A DNA stretch of 53,960 bases from Clostridia bacterium. GTDB taxonomy: Bacteria; Bacillota; Clostridia; UBA1381; UBA9506. The stretch spans positions 1-53,960 of the forward strand of contig JAZOBB010000053.1 in NCBI GenBank assembly GCA_045595745.1, written 5' to 3'. This document shows positions 16,877-25,837 of the stretch, piece after piece. A program made the translations under genes and the position numbers. Below the pieces are notes generated by a model, which worked only from the letters and a program-made list of their open reading frames with translations, was not told the origin of the DNA and made no database searches. The number at the start of each line of letters is the position of its first letter. Position 1 is the stretch's first letter.

Positions 16877-17782
16877 ATGGCAAAGGTTAAAGTAAGAGCA
16901 CCGGCAACGACTGCAAATATGGGTGCAGGCTTTGATTCTTTAGGTGCGGCACTTAAATTATATAACTATGTTGAGGCAGAAGAGACAGAAAGTGGTCTTT
17001 TAATTGAATATACTGACCAGGCATCTGCCTTTTTGCCAACAGATGAAAGAAATCTTGTTTATAAGTCGATGAAGTATCTGTTTGATGCGGCAGGCTATCG
17101 CATCGGCGGCTTAAAACTAACACTAGAAAATAATATACCGGTAACGCGCGGCTTGGGCTCAAGCTCTGCTTGTATTGTAGGGGGGTTAATTGCGGCAAAT
17201 GAGCTTAGCGGCAAGCCTTTTTCAAAAAGAGAGCTTATGTGTATGGCAGCAAAGCTCGAGGGGCATTCTGACAACTCGACAGCGGCTTTAGCCGGCGGAT
17301 TTACAATTTCGGTATATGAAAATGAAGATATTTTTTATTATTCGCATCCGATAGGAGAGGATTTAAAGTTTGTTCTTTTAATTCCTGACTATGCGGTAAC
17401 TACAAAAAAAGCACGAGGGACTTTGCCCGGACAGTATTCGATAAGAGATGTTAGCTTTAACATATCTCATGCGGCTTTAACTGTTGCGGCAATGCTGTCG
17501 GGCGAATATGAAAACCTTTTGTGCGCGGTTGATGACAGAATTCATGAGCCGTACAGAAAAACCTTTATTGAAGGATATCAAAAAATCCATAACCGCTTAA
17601 AAAGCTATGGAGCACTGGGGACATATATCAGTGGCTCGGGTCCGACAATGATTTCTCTCGTTGAGGGCGATGATGCAGAGAGCTTTATGGCGGATATGCA
17701 GGAATATATGAAAAAGTCGCATCCTGCCTGGCAAATAATGCTTGCGGAGGCAGACAACGAGGGCGCAATGCTTCTCGACTAA
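16877..17782 (+). CDS. thrB: Homoserine kinase
   Basis: 301 aa. GHMP kinase motif PVTRGLGSSSA. Begins 3 nt after the hom stop. Confidence 0.92.
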   Translation: MAKVKVRAPATTANMGAGFDSLGAALKLYNYVEAEETESGLLIEYTDQASAFLPTDERNLVYKSMKYLFDAAGYRIGGLKLTLENNIPVTRGLGSSSACIVGGLIAANELSGKPFSKRELMCMAAKLEGHSDNSTAALAGGFTISVYENEDIFYYSHPIGEDLKFVLLIPDYAVTTKKARGTLPGQYSIRDVSFNISHAALTVAAMLSGEYENLLCAVDDRIHEPYRKTFIEGYQKIHNRLKSYGALGTYISGSGPTMISLVEGDDAESFMADMQEYMKKSHPAWQIMLAEADNEGAMLLD

Positions 17783-17799
17783 GAAATGGAGGGTTTACG

Positions 17800-19008
17800 T
17801 TGAGTTTAATCGTGCAAAAATTCGGCGGTTCGTCCGTTGCAAATGCCGAACGAGTTTTTAATGTTGCAGATATAATAACGAGCACATATAAAGAAGGTAA
17901 CAATGTAATCGTTGTTGTATCAGCTCAGGGAGACACGACGGACGATTTAATCGCAAAAGCAAAAGAAATTAATCCGAATGCATCTAAAAGAGAAATGGAT
18001 ATGCTTTTGGCAACTGGTGAGCAGATATCTATATCGCTTTTGGCTATGGCTATTGAAAAGTTAGGCTTTCCGGTAGTTTCGCTTACCGGCTGGCAGGCAG
18101 GAATGAAAACCGATTCTAACTATTCTAACAGCCGTATAAGAAAAATAGATGCAGAACGCGTGCTGTTAGAGCTTGATAAGAAAAAAATTGTTATTGTGGC
18201 AGGATTCCAGGGTATTAACCGCTATGATGACATTACAACTTTGGGTCGCGGCGGTTCTGATACATCGGCAGTTGCACTAGCTGCTGCTTGTCATGCAGAT
18301 TTGTGCGAAATTTATACTGATGTTGACGGTGTTTATACAACCGACCCGCGAATTGTTCCGGATGCAAAAAAATTAGATGAAATATCTTATGATGAAATGT
18401 TAGAACTGGCAAGCTTGGGTGCTAATGTACTTCATAACCGCTCAGTTGAAATGGCAAAAAAATATAATGTAAATCTTTGTGTACGTTCAAGCTTAACACG
18501 TGCAGAAGGTACAGTAGTTAAGGAGGCTGTAAAAGTGGAAGGTATGTTGGTCAGAGGTGTGACAAAAGATAATGATGTGGCGAGAATTTCGCTCTGCGGA
18601 ATTGAAGATACTCCCGGAAAGGCATTTCGTATCTTCTCGCTTTTGGCAAAGAAAAGCATTAACGTTGATATTATTCTTCAGTCTATCGGACGCGAAAATA
18701 AAAAGGATATCAGCTTTACCGTTGCTCAGAGTCATATCGACGAAGCATTAAAGCTCATCGAGGATTCAAAAGATGTTATCGGCTATGAAACAGTAAGCTA
18801 CACAACCAAGGTTTCAAAGGTTTCTATCGTTGGTGCAGGTATGGTTACAAATCCGGGTGTTGCAGCTAAAATGTTTGAGGCTTTATACGAGGCTCAGATT
18901 AACATTCATATGATTGCAACCTCTGAAATAAAAGTTTCTGTTTTGATTGACGAAGGAACAGAGGCAAAAGCTGTTAAAGCTATTCACGATAAATTCGAAT
19001 TGGCATAA
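17800..19008 (+). CDS. lysC: Aspartate kinase (monofunctional, two ACT domains)
   Basis: 402 aa. TTG start 6 nt after GGAGGG. VQKFGGSSV N-terminus and LGRGGSDTSA motif. Confidence 0.92.
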   Translation: MSLIVQKFGGSSVANAERVFNVADIITSTYKEGNNVIVVVSAQGDTTDDLIAKAKEINPNASKREMDMLLATGEQISISLLAMAIEKLGFPVVSLTGWQAGMKTDSNYSNSRIRKIDAERVLLELDKKKIVIVAGFQGINRYDDITTLGRGGSDTSAVALAAACHADLCEIYTDVDGVYTTDPRIVPDAKKLDEISYDEMLELASLGANVLHNRSVEMAKKYNVNLCVRSSLTRAEGTVVKEAVKVEGMLVRGVTKDNDVARISLCGIEDTPGKAFRIFSLLAKKSINVDIILQSIGRENKKDISFTVAQSHIDEALKLIEDSKDVIGYETVSYTTKVSKVSIVGAGMVTNPGVAAKMFEALYEAQINIHMIATSEIKVSVLIDEGTEAKAVKAIHDKFELA

Positions 19009-19119
19009 TTTTAAAAGTAGGGCTGTAGCAAAATGCGCACACCACACAAGGCAAATAAAACGCATAACTAAGCCTTTTGATTAAAACAAAAAAGTTAAAA
19101 TAACATAAAACTTAATGTG

Positions 19120-19147
19120 GGAATTCGTCATTTGACGAATTCCTTTT
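19120..19147 (+). terminator. Intrinsic terminator downstream of lysC
   Basis: GGAATTCGTCA / TGACGAATTCC stem followed by TTTT at 19144-19147. Confidence 0.75.
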
Positions 19148-19178
19148 ATATATTTTTATATAATTTTTTAAAAAATTA

Positions 19179-19208
19179 TTGACAAATAAACCAAATAAAT
19201 GTTATAAT
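19179..19208 (+). promoter_or_regulatory. Promoter TTGACA-17/18-TATAAT for rplU-prp-rpmA
   Basis: TTGACA 19179-19184, TATAAT 19203-19208. Confidence 0.6.
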
Positions 19209-19306
19209 ATCTGTTAGCCGCGTGTGAAGGGTCTAAAATGGATAAAATCCTACCCTTGTACAGTCATGTATCAGGCACAGCGAGCAAGGATGGAGGAGGT
19301 GCGCAA
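19209..19306 (+). promoter_or_regulatory. 5' leader of rplU, probable L21-type ribosomal-protein leader
   Basis: About 95-nt GC-richer untranslated leader between a consensus promoter and rplU. Firmicutes carry a described L21 leader at this position. Structure was not verified against a model. Confidence 0.4.
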
Positions 19307-19621
19307 ATGTACGCAATTATTAAAACCGGTGGCAAACAGTATAAAGTAAGCGAAGGTGATACACTTTACGTTGAAAAACTGGGTGTTAACGATGGTGACA
19401 AGGTTACTTTCAGCGAGGTTTTAGCAGTTGGAAACGGCGAGGCTATTAAAGTTGGTGCTCCTTATGTAGACGGTGCATCCGTTACTGCTAAGGTTGAAAC
19501 TGCTGAGGGTAAAGGCAAAAAGGTTATTGTATTTAAGTACAAGCCGAAAAAGGGCAGTGCGAAGAAGCAGGGTCACAGACAGCCGTACACCAAGGTTGTT
19601 ATTGAAAAGATCAACGCTTAA
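19307..19621 (+). CDS. rplU: 50S ribosomal protein L21
   Basis: ORF track 19238.. trimmed to ATG 19307 after GGAGGAGG. Begins [14 protein letters not shown]. Confidence 0.95.
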   Translation: MYAIIKTGGKQYKVSEGDTLYVEKLGVNDGDKVTFSEVLAVGNGEAIKVGAPYVDGASVTAKVETAEGKGKKVIVFKYKPKKGSAKKQGHRQPYTKVVIEKINA

Positions 19622-19626
19622 TCGCT

Positions 19627-19959
19627 ATGACAGAGATTAAAATTTATCGTGACCGAAACGGCGGGATTGTAAAATACACAGTGTCAGGGCATACAGGCTT
19701 TGACGAATCCGGAGCTGATATAGTTTGTGCGTCGGTTAGCACGGCAGCACTTACGGCATTAAACGGATTAACCGATGTGGTAAAAATTCATATCGGATAT
19801 GAGGTGCGTGACGGATATTTAGAGTGTATTCTTCCGGCTGAGCTCAATGAGATAAGTCGGATAAAAGCAGATGTTCTGCTTGAAAGTATGCTACTTACGT
19901 TTCGGGATTTACACGAACAGTATGATGACTACATTTCTATTACCGAATTGGAGGTGTAA
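19627..19959 (+). CDS. prp: Ribosomal-processing cysteine protease Prp (YsxB family)
   Basis: 110 aa between rplU and rpmA. GHTGF..ADIVCASVS His/Cys motif. Confidence 0.9.
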   Translation: MTEIKIYRDRNGGIVKYTVSGHTGFDESGADIVCASVSTAALTALNGLTDVVKIHIGYEVRDGYLECILPAELNEISRIKADVLLESMLLTFRDLHEQYDDYISITELEV

Positions 19960-19962
19960 CTA

Positions 19963-20247
19963 ATGTTAAGATTGGATATTCAGCTTTTTGCACATAAAAA
20001 GGGTGTTGGTAGTACAAGAAACGGTCGTGACAGTGAGGCAAAACGTCTTGGTGTTAAACGTGCCGATGGTCAGATGGTTTTGGCAGGCAACATTCTTGTT
20101 CGTCAGCGCGGAACAAAAATTCATCCGGGCTTAAACGTTGGCAAGGGCGGCGACGATACCTTGTTTGCGCTTATTGACGGCAAAGTTAAGTTTGAGAGAA
20201 AGGGCCGCGATAAAAAGCAGGTCAGCGTTTATGAAGTAACTGCGTAA
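19963..20247 (+). CDS. rpmA: 50S ribosomal protein L27 with cleavable N-terminal extension
   Basis: [24 protein letters not shown]. The 9-residue propeptide before AHKKG is the known Prp substrate form. Confidence 0.95.
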   Translation: MLRLDIQLFAHKKGVGSTRNGRDSEAKRLGVKRADGQMVLAGNILVRQRGTKIHPGLNVGKGGDDTLFALIDGKVKFERKGRDKKQVSVYEVTA

Positions 20248-20305
20248 TTGTTGTGTTGCTTTTAATACTCTCATTACTTTTCCCAAAAGGGAATACGTTG
20301 TTTAT

Positions 20306-20338
20306 AAAAACCCAATCTGATAATCGGATTGGGTTTTT
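20306..20338 (+). terminator. Intrinsic terminator after rpmA
   Basis: AAAAACCCAATC..GATTGGGTTTTT hairpin plus T-run. Confidence 0.8.
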
Positions 20339-20368
20339 AGTAATTTAGTTATTCGGAAGGAGAAGGAC

Positions 20369-21061
20369 ATGGCAGTTTTTTCGATTTCTGATTTGCATCT
20401 TTCGTTAGGTGGAAACAAGCCTATGGAGATTTTTGGCGATGGCTGGAATGATTATGTCCGTCGCCTTGCGGATAACTGGAAAAAAACAGTAAAAGAAAAT
20501 GATATAGTTTTGTTGCCCGGTGATATTTCGTGGGCAACATATTTAAACGAAGCGGTTACTGATTTTCGTTTTGTTCATGAATTACCCGGGATAAAAATAG
20601 TCACAAAGGGAAATCATGATTATTGGTGGGAAACTCTTAACAAAATGAATTCATTTTTAGAAAGTAACGGCTTTTTAAGTATCCGCTTTTTGCATAACAG
20701 CATTTATTATCATGAAGATGTGGCAATATGCGGAACAAAAGGATATCCTGACACCGGAGGGAAATTGCCGGCTGATGACAAAGAAGCCAAGCTTTATCTG
20801 CGAGAAACTGGCCGGCTTGAACGTGCATTAGAAGAAATTAAAAAAAGCGATGCACAAAAAATTATTGTAATGCTTCATTATCCACCGGGAAAAGATTCGG
20901 TTTTTGCTGAGCTTTTAAGAAAATATGAAGTGGATATTTGTGTATACGGTCATTTGCATGATAAAGCGCATGCGAATGCTTTGCAGGGGAACATTAAAGG
21001 TGTGGAATATAAGCTGGTTTCATGCGATTACTTAAAATTTAAGCCGTATAGGCTTTTATAA
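20369..21061 (+). CDS. Metallophosphoesterase family protein
   Basis: 230 aa. Motifs SDLH, GDISW, GNHDYWW and GHLH. Confidence 0.8.
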   Translation: MAVFSISDLHLSLGGNKPMEIFGDGWNDYVRRLADNWKKTVKENDIVLLPGDISWATYLNEAVTDFRFVHELPGIKIVTKGNHDYWWETLNKMNSFLESNGFLSIRFLHNSIYYHEDVAICGTKGYPDTGGKLPADDKEAKLYLRETGRLERALEEIKKSDAQKIIVMLHYPPGKDSVFAELLRKYEVDICVYGHLHDKAHANALQGNIKGVEYKLVSCDYLKFKPYRLL

Positions 21062-21094
21062 AATTTGACAACTGATTGAACGGGGGTGAGCATT

Positions 21095-21682
21095 TTGGCA
21101 ACTGAAAATGAAACTGTATTAATTGAAAAAAGCAAGCAAGGCGATTTAGCTGCATTTGAACAATTAATTATGGATTATCAAAAAAAGATTGTTAATCTGG
21201 CATATCGTATGCTGGGAAACATGGCAGATGCCGAAGATGCCGCTCAGGATATTTTTGTTAGAGTATTCCGTTCGATTTCAGGTTTTAATGAAAAAGCCGC
21301 TTTTTCTACGTGGCTTTACAGAATTGCTACAAATGTTTGTCTTGACCTTTTAAGAAGAAAAAAGAGACAAAATGAGCAAAATACTATAAGTATTCATCGC
21401 GGTGAAGAAAATGATGAATATGAACTGCCAATAGAGGATAACGGTCCGTCCCCGTATGAGCAGGCAAAAAGAAGCGCGGCTATGGAAGCACTGGAAAATG
21501 CATTAAAAAAGCTTGGCGAAGAACAAAGATTAGTTGTTGTTTTAAGGGATGTAAACGGACTGTCATATGAAGAAATAGCAGAGATAACGAATTGCTCTTT
21601 GGGAACTGTAAAATCAAGAATAAATCGTTCTCGCTTGATGCTTAGAAAACTTTTAGAGAATGATAAGGAACTTTTTTTATAA
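21095..21682 (+). CDS. ECF-type RNA polymerase sigma-70 family factor
   Basis: ORF track starts at GTG 21086. TTG 21095 has better spacing from GGGGGTGA, so the start is uncertain. Region 2 (DAEDAAQDIFVRVF, FSTWLYRIATN) and region 4 (SYEEIAEITNCSLGTVKSR) are present. Confidence 0.85.
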   Translation: MATENETVLIEKSKQGDLAAFEQLIMDYQKKIVNLAYRMLGNMADAEDAAQDIFVRVFRSISGFNEKAAFSTWLYRIATNVCLDLLRRKKRQNEQNTISIHRGEENDEYELPIEDNGPSPYEQAKRSAAMEALENALKKLGEEQRLVVVLRDVNGLSYEEIAEITNCSLGTVKSRINRSRLMLRKLLENDKELFL

Positions 21683-21726
21683 TTTAAACGTCATATACTT
21701 GTAGAAATCGAAAGGAGTGGTCAAAA

Positions 21727-22809
21727 GTGAATAAATTAACCTGTAAAGACGCGTGTTTGCTTTTGTCCCTTTACATAGATGATATGCTTTCGGACGAGGA
21801 AATGACGCAGGTGCGTGAGCATTTAGAAGAATGTGACAGCTGTCGGAATGAATATATTTTGCTAAAGGGAATAATGGATAACAGCACACATCTAGAATGT
21901 CCGGAATTGTCTGATACATTTAAGACGGGGCTGCACGAAAAATTGTTACAAGAGTCGCAGCTTATGGAGAAACAACCTGATGAGGAAGAAAAGCCGGTTA
22001 CTGTTGTGCCGTCAGTCAGAAAATGGAGAATTTATCCGTATATTGCGGCGGGTGCTGCAGCGATAGTTATTTCTGTTCTTGCACTTTCAAATTTGCCCGA
22101 CAGCGATTCGTTTATATCTGATATGAAAAACGAAGTTGTCGAGTCTGCGATTCCGATGCAAACTCAGAATGCTGAGTCTGAAGAAAGTGTAGAGCCTGCT
22201 TTAGAGAGCAGTTCTCCTGAGCCGACTTCTGCAAATGATGAAACAAGTGAGCCGGCAGAAGACAACGAGGCAATTAATGCAGATGAACAGACTTTAGAAG
22301 TTAATAATGCTATGGTGACATCAGCTGATGAAGAAAAAAGTGATATTAAAGATGAGTTAAAGGCTGAGTCGGAAGAAACGATGCGCAGTCTGCCTAAAAT
22401 GGCATCTTTTGAGGAAGATGTGGTAAACGAGGAAGTGCTTGAAGAAGATACAGATGGCGCAGAAAATGATATGGAAATTGCTGCAGTAAGCGGAGGCGGC
22501 AGTTCGGCAGCTATTGATGAAAAAGTAAGAGTAAGTGTTATATTTAGTTTTAATCATGATAGTATTGAGCAGGTACGCGAGGTAATGAGTGGTGTAAGCA
22601 GCAGAGGCTCTGTGTATGAAGTGCCGATTTCAAGTCTTTCTGAGTATGTTAGTCTGCTCGAGTCAATCGATGGCTATATTTCGCACAGGCAGGTTGAAGA
22701 GGATTATACTGCTGAATACGGCTTGCTTGAAAAAAATGGCGACAGATTCGGAAGAAAGGCTCAGATAGATGAGTATACGCAAAAAGCAACTATTATAATT
22801 GGAAGTTGA
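21727..22809 (+). CDS. Anti-sigma factor, zf-HC2 N-terminal domain, single TM helix, acidic linker, C-terminal globular domain
   Basis: GTG start after AAAGGAG. H..C..C motif (REHLEECDSC). TM helix IYPYIAAGAAAIVISVLAL. About 120 residues rich in E/D/S. Confidence 0.8.
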   Translation: MNKLTCKDACLLLSLYIDDMLSDEEMTQVREHLEECDSCRNEYILLKGIMDNSTHLECPELSDTFKTGLHEKLLQESQLMEKQPDEEEKPVTVVPSVRKWRIYPYIAAGAAAIVISVLALSNLPDSDSFISDMKNEVVESAIPMQTQNAESEESVEPALESSSPEPTSANDETSEPAEDNEAINADEQTLEVNNAMVTSADEEKSDIKDELKAESEETMRSLPKMASFEEDVVNEEVLEEDTDGAENDMEIAAVSGGGSSAAIDEKVRVSVIFSFNHDSIEQVREVMSGVSSRGSVYEVPISSLSEYVSLLESIDGYISHRQVEEDYTAEYGLLEKNGDRFGRKAQIDEYTQKATIIIGS

Positions 22810-22829
22810 GAGTTTTAAAAGTATTTTTA

Positions 22830-22866
22830 CAACGTCAAAACATCAGGTTTTGACGTTGTTTTTTTA
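22830..22866 (+). terminator. Intrinsic terminator after the sigma/anti-sigma pair
   Basis: CAACGTCAAAAC / GTTTTGACGTTG 12-bp stem followed by T8. Confidence 0.85.
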
Positions 22867-22874
22867 TTATAGTA

Positions 22875-22903
22875 TTGAATTTAAGAAGAAAAAAAGATAT
22901 AAT
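22875..22903 (+). promoter_or_regulatory. Promoter TTGAAT-17-TATAAT
   Basis: TTGAAT 22875-22880, 17-nt spacer, TATAAT 22898-22903. Confidence 0.6.
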
Positions 22904-22944
22904 ATATTATAGATTAGTATGCGCAAAATGAGAAGGAGATACGA

Positions 22945-23679
22945 ATGAAGGAAAAAATATATACTATACCTTTATCTGAGGCTTATGAAGAGGATTGCGA
23001 GTGTCCATTTTGTAAAATAGAGAAAAGACTTGAGCAAGAGGCGGTTGATTATGCGTTGGGGGCATCTATGATGGAGCCCGACAGCCGTGTTAATTCGAAC
23101 GAAAAAGGATTTTGCCGCAGGCATTTTGAACAAATGTCTAAAAAACAGGGCAAAAGTCTTAGCTTAGCTTTGGTTTTAGATACACATTTAGCTCGTGTTA
23201 CCCAGCGAATGGAAGAAATAGCAGATAAAAAAACAACGGGCGGTCTTTTTAAAAAGGGTGTAGCAAAACACGAAGAAATGACAGATTTGCTAAAAGGTAT
23301 TGAGGGTACTTGCGTAATTTGCGAAAAGCTGGAGTCGACTTTAGAAAAATTTGCCTGCACTTTTTGGGAGCTTTATAAAAAAGAAAGCGACTTTCATACC
23401 AAGGTTAATAACAGCAAAGGCTTTTGTCTTCCACATTTTGAGCTGCTTTTGCGTATGGCGGATAAAGAATTGTCGGGCAAAAGCTTAGAGGAATTAACAG
23501 CGGAATTAATGCAGATAGAAATTGAAAATCTAAAGCGGGTAAATGAAGATGTAAACTGGTTTACCAAAAAGTTTGATTACCGATACAACGATGCACCGTG
23601 GAAAAATTCAAAAGATGCACCGCCGAGAACTATAGAAAAAATATCAAAATTTATGGGTCAGGGCGAGGATATAAAATAG
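22945..23679 (+). CDS. Conserved hypothetical protein with two tandem CxxC...GFCxxHF (CCCH) modules, possibly the DUF6062 family
   Basis: 244 aa. CPFC..GFCRRHF (residues ~20-61) is repeated as CVIC..GFCLPHF (residues ~123-165). The family name is recalled, not verified. Confidence 0.6.
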   Translation: MKEKIYTIPLSEAYEEDCECPFCKIEKRLEQEAVDYALGASMMEPDSRVNSNEKGFCRRHFEQMSKKQGKSLSLALVLDTHLARVTQRMEEIADKKTTGGLFKKGVAKHEEMTDLLKGIEGTCVICEKLESTLEKFACTFWELYKKESDFHTKVNNSKGFCLPHFELLLRMADKELSGKSLEELTAELMQIEIENLKRVNEDVNWFTKKFDYRYNDAPWKNSKDAPPRTIEKISKFMGQGEDIK

Positions 23680-23691
23680 TGGGGTAATATT

Positions 23692-24285
23692 ATGAATTTG
23701 ATTTTGGGTGTTACAGGCGGCAGCGGATGCGGAAAAAGTAATTTTTGCCGTGCGCTTGCAGAGAAGGGTGCTTATGTTATCGATGCCGATTTGGTGGCTC
23801 GTGACGTTGTGCGACCGGGGGAGAATGCTCTTTTAGAAATCGAAAAGGAGTTTGGCAAAGAATATATTTTGCCAAACGGTGAGCTTGACCGAAAAAAGTT
23901 GGGAGCTTTAGTTTTTTCTGATTCTGATAAGCTTAATATCTTAAATCAAATTACTCATAAATATATTATAAAAGAGATTAAAAAAAGACTTGATGAATTG
24001 CCTTGTGGTTTAAAGGTAATTGATGCGGCCGTGCTGTTTGAAAGCGGGTTGGCTGATATTTGCGACAGAACATTATGTGTGTTGGCAGACAGAAAAACAA
24101 GAGCTAAAAGAATAGCTGCGCGCGATAATTTAACATACGAGGAAGCCCAAAATCGTATAAATGCACAACAAAAAGATGATTTTTATCGTAGTCACGCAGA
24201 TGATGTGATTTTAAATAACGGTTCAAAAGAAGAATTGGTTTTAGAGACTGAAAAATATTTTGAAAAATTGGAGAAACTGTTTTAA
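23692..24285 (+). CDS. coaE: Dephospho-CoA kinase
   Basis: 197 aa. P-loop GVTGGSGCGKS and IDADLVAR motif. Confidence 0.9.
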   Translation: MNLILGVTGGSGCGKSNFCRALAEKGAYVIDADLVARDVVRPGENALLEIEKEFGKEYILPNGELDRKKLGALVFSDSDKLNILNQITHKYIIKEIKKRLDELPCGLKVIDAAVLFESGLADICDRTLCVLADRKTRAKRIAARDNLTYEEAQNRINAQQKDDFYRSHADDVILNNGSKEELVLETEKYFEKLEKLF

Positions 24286-24854
24286 TGAGCTTTAAAAAAA
24301 TAATTAAAATTCCTATAATTATACTTATCATTATACTGGTATTTAATATAAGCATACATTTGGTGCGAGGATTTTTTCCGGCAAAATATGTTGACGAAAT
24401 TAAAAAATATTCTGAAGAATACAGTGTGGACCCGTATCTTGTTATGGCGGTAATAAAGGCAGAAAGCAACTATCAAAAAGAGGCGGTATCCAATAAAGAC
24501 GCATGCGGTCTTATGCAGATTACACCATCTACTGCTAAGTGGCTTGCTGAAAAAGCAGGTATTTCAGACTTTGAAGACGAGGATATTTATAGTCCCGAAA
24601 TTAACATAAAGCTTGGGTGCTATTATTTGTCGTATCTTTATGATATGTATGCCGATACTAAGTGTATGCTTGCGGCATATAATGCGGGTAACGGAACGGT
24701 TGACAAGTGGCTTTCGGATTTTAATTATTCAACTGATGGAAAAACGCTTGAAAAAATCCCGTACAAAGAAACGGAACAGTATATTAATAAAGTAAATAAC
24801 TACACCAAAATATATCGAATTTTATATCAAGTCAGAACGGGGCGTATGGTATGA
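24285..24854 (+). CDS. Lytic transglycosylase (SLT domain) with N-terminal membrane anchor
   Basis: AESNYQ..GLMQI..AYNAG motifs. TAATG overlap with coaE. Confidence 0.85.
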   Translation: MSFKKIIKIPIIILIIILVFNISIHLVRGFFPAKYVDEIKKYSEEYSVDPYLVMAVIKAESNYQKEAVSNKDACGLMQITPSTAKWLAEKAGISDFEDEDIYSPEINIKLGCYYLSYLYDMYADTKCMLAAYNAGNGTVDKWLSDFNYSTDGKTLEKIPYKETEQYINKVNNYTKIYRILYQVRTGRMV

Positions 24855-25822
24855 AAGCTGTTAAGTATATAGCACTTGCTTTGCTGATTGTATTGATTGT
24901 AAGCCATGTTGCGTTTGAACCGAAAAAATGCGAAAAGACACAGTTTTGTTTAGATACAATTGTCACATTAACCGCATACGGCAAGGGTGCAGATGGAGCA
25001 ATAGACAAAGCCTTTAACAGAATCAGCGAAATTGAGCAAAAGTTTAGTGCGTATTTAAAAGACAGCGAAATCTATAAGATTAATAATAGCTCTTATAATA
25101 CCTTTGTTGAAGTCGATAAAGAGGTTTATGATTTAATCAATCGCTCTCTTGAGCTTTCGGATATGACCGAGGGTGCATTTGACATAACCTTAAAGCCCGT
25201 ATCAGACCTTTGGGGCATTGGAACAGACAACCAAAGAGTGCCGACTGATGAAGAGATTAAATCGGCACTTAATAAAACAGGTTGGGAAAATGTGGTTTTA
25301 GATAAAAACTCCTATGCAGTTAAGCTTAAAAAAGAAGGAATGGCACTTGATTTGGGCGCAATTGCAAAGGGTTATGCATCTGACGAGGCGGCACGTGTTC
25401 TTAGTGAGTGCGGAATTAAAAATGCCTGCCTTGACTTAGGAGGCAATATTGTAGTTATGGGAGAAATGCCGCTTGGACTTTTTGAGTCAATCAGATATGG
25501 CAAAAGGTCGAGGCCGTTTACGATTGGTATTCAGGAGCCTGATGCACCGCGAGGACAATCGGGACAACCTGTTACAGTAGAAAACGGCTGTGTTGTAACC
25601 TCGGGCGATTATGAGAGATATTTTGAAGAAAACGGCGAACGTTATCATCACATTATTGACCCGAAAACAGGTATGCCTGCTAAAAGCGGTGTGCGCAGCG
25701 TGACTGTTATTGCAAAAGAGGGTACTACTGCTGATGCGTTGTCTACAGCATTTTTTGTTATAGGAAATGATGCAGACGATAAATGGAAAGAACATTATGA
25801 AACGGTTATATTCGCACGATAG
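24851..25822 (+). CDS. apbE: FAD:protein FMN transferase (ApbE family)
   Basis: GAIAKGYA, TSGDYER and HHIIDPKTG motifs. ATGA overlap with the upstream gene. Confidence 0.88.
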   Translation: MKAVKYIALALLIVLIVSHVAFEPKKCEKTQFCLDTIVTLTAYGKGADGAIDKAFNRISEIEQKFSAYLKDSEIYKINNSSYNTFVEVDKEVYDLINRSLELSDMTEGAFDITLKPVSDLWGIGTDNQRVPTDEEIKSALNKTGWENVVLDKNSYAVKLKKEGMALDLGAIAKGYASDEAARVLSECGIKNACLDLGGNIVVMGEMPLGLFESIRYGKRSRPFTIGIQEPDAPRGQSGQPVTVENGCVVTSGDYERYFEENGERYHHIIDPKTGMPAKSGVRSVTVIAKEGTTADALSTAFFVIGNDADDKWKEHYETVIFAR

Positions 25823-25837
25823 CGGAGGGATAAAATT

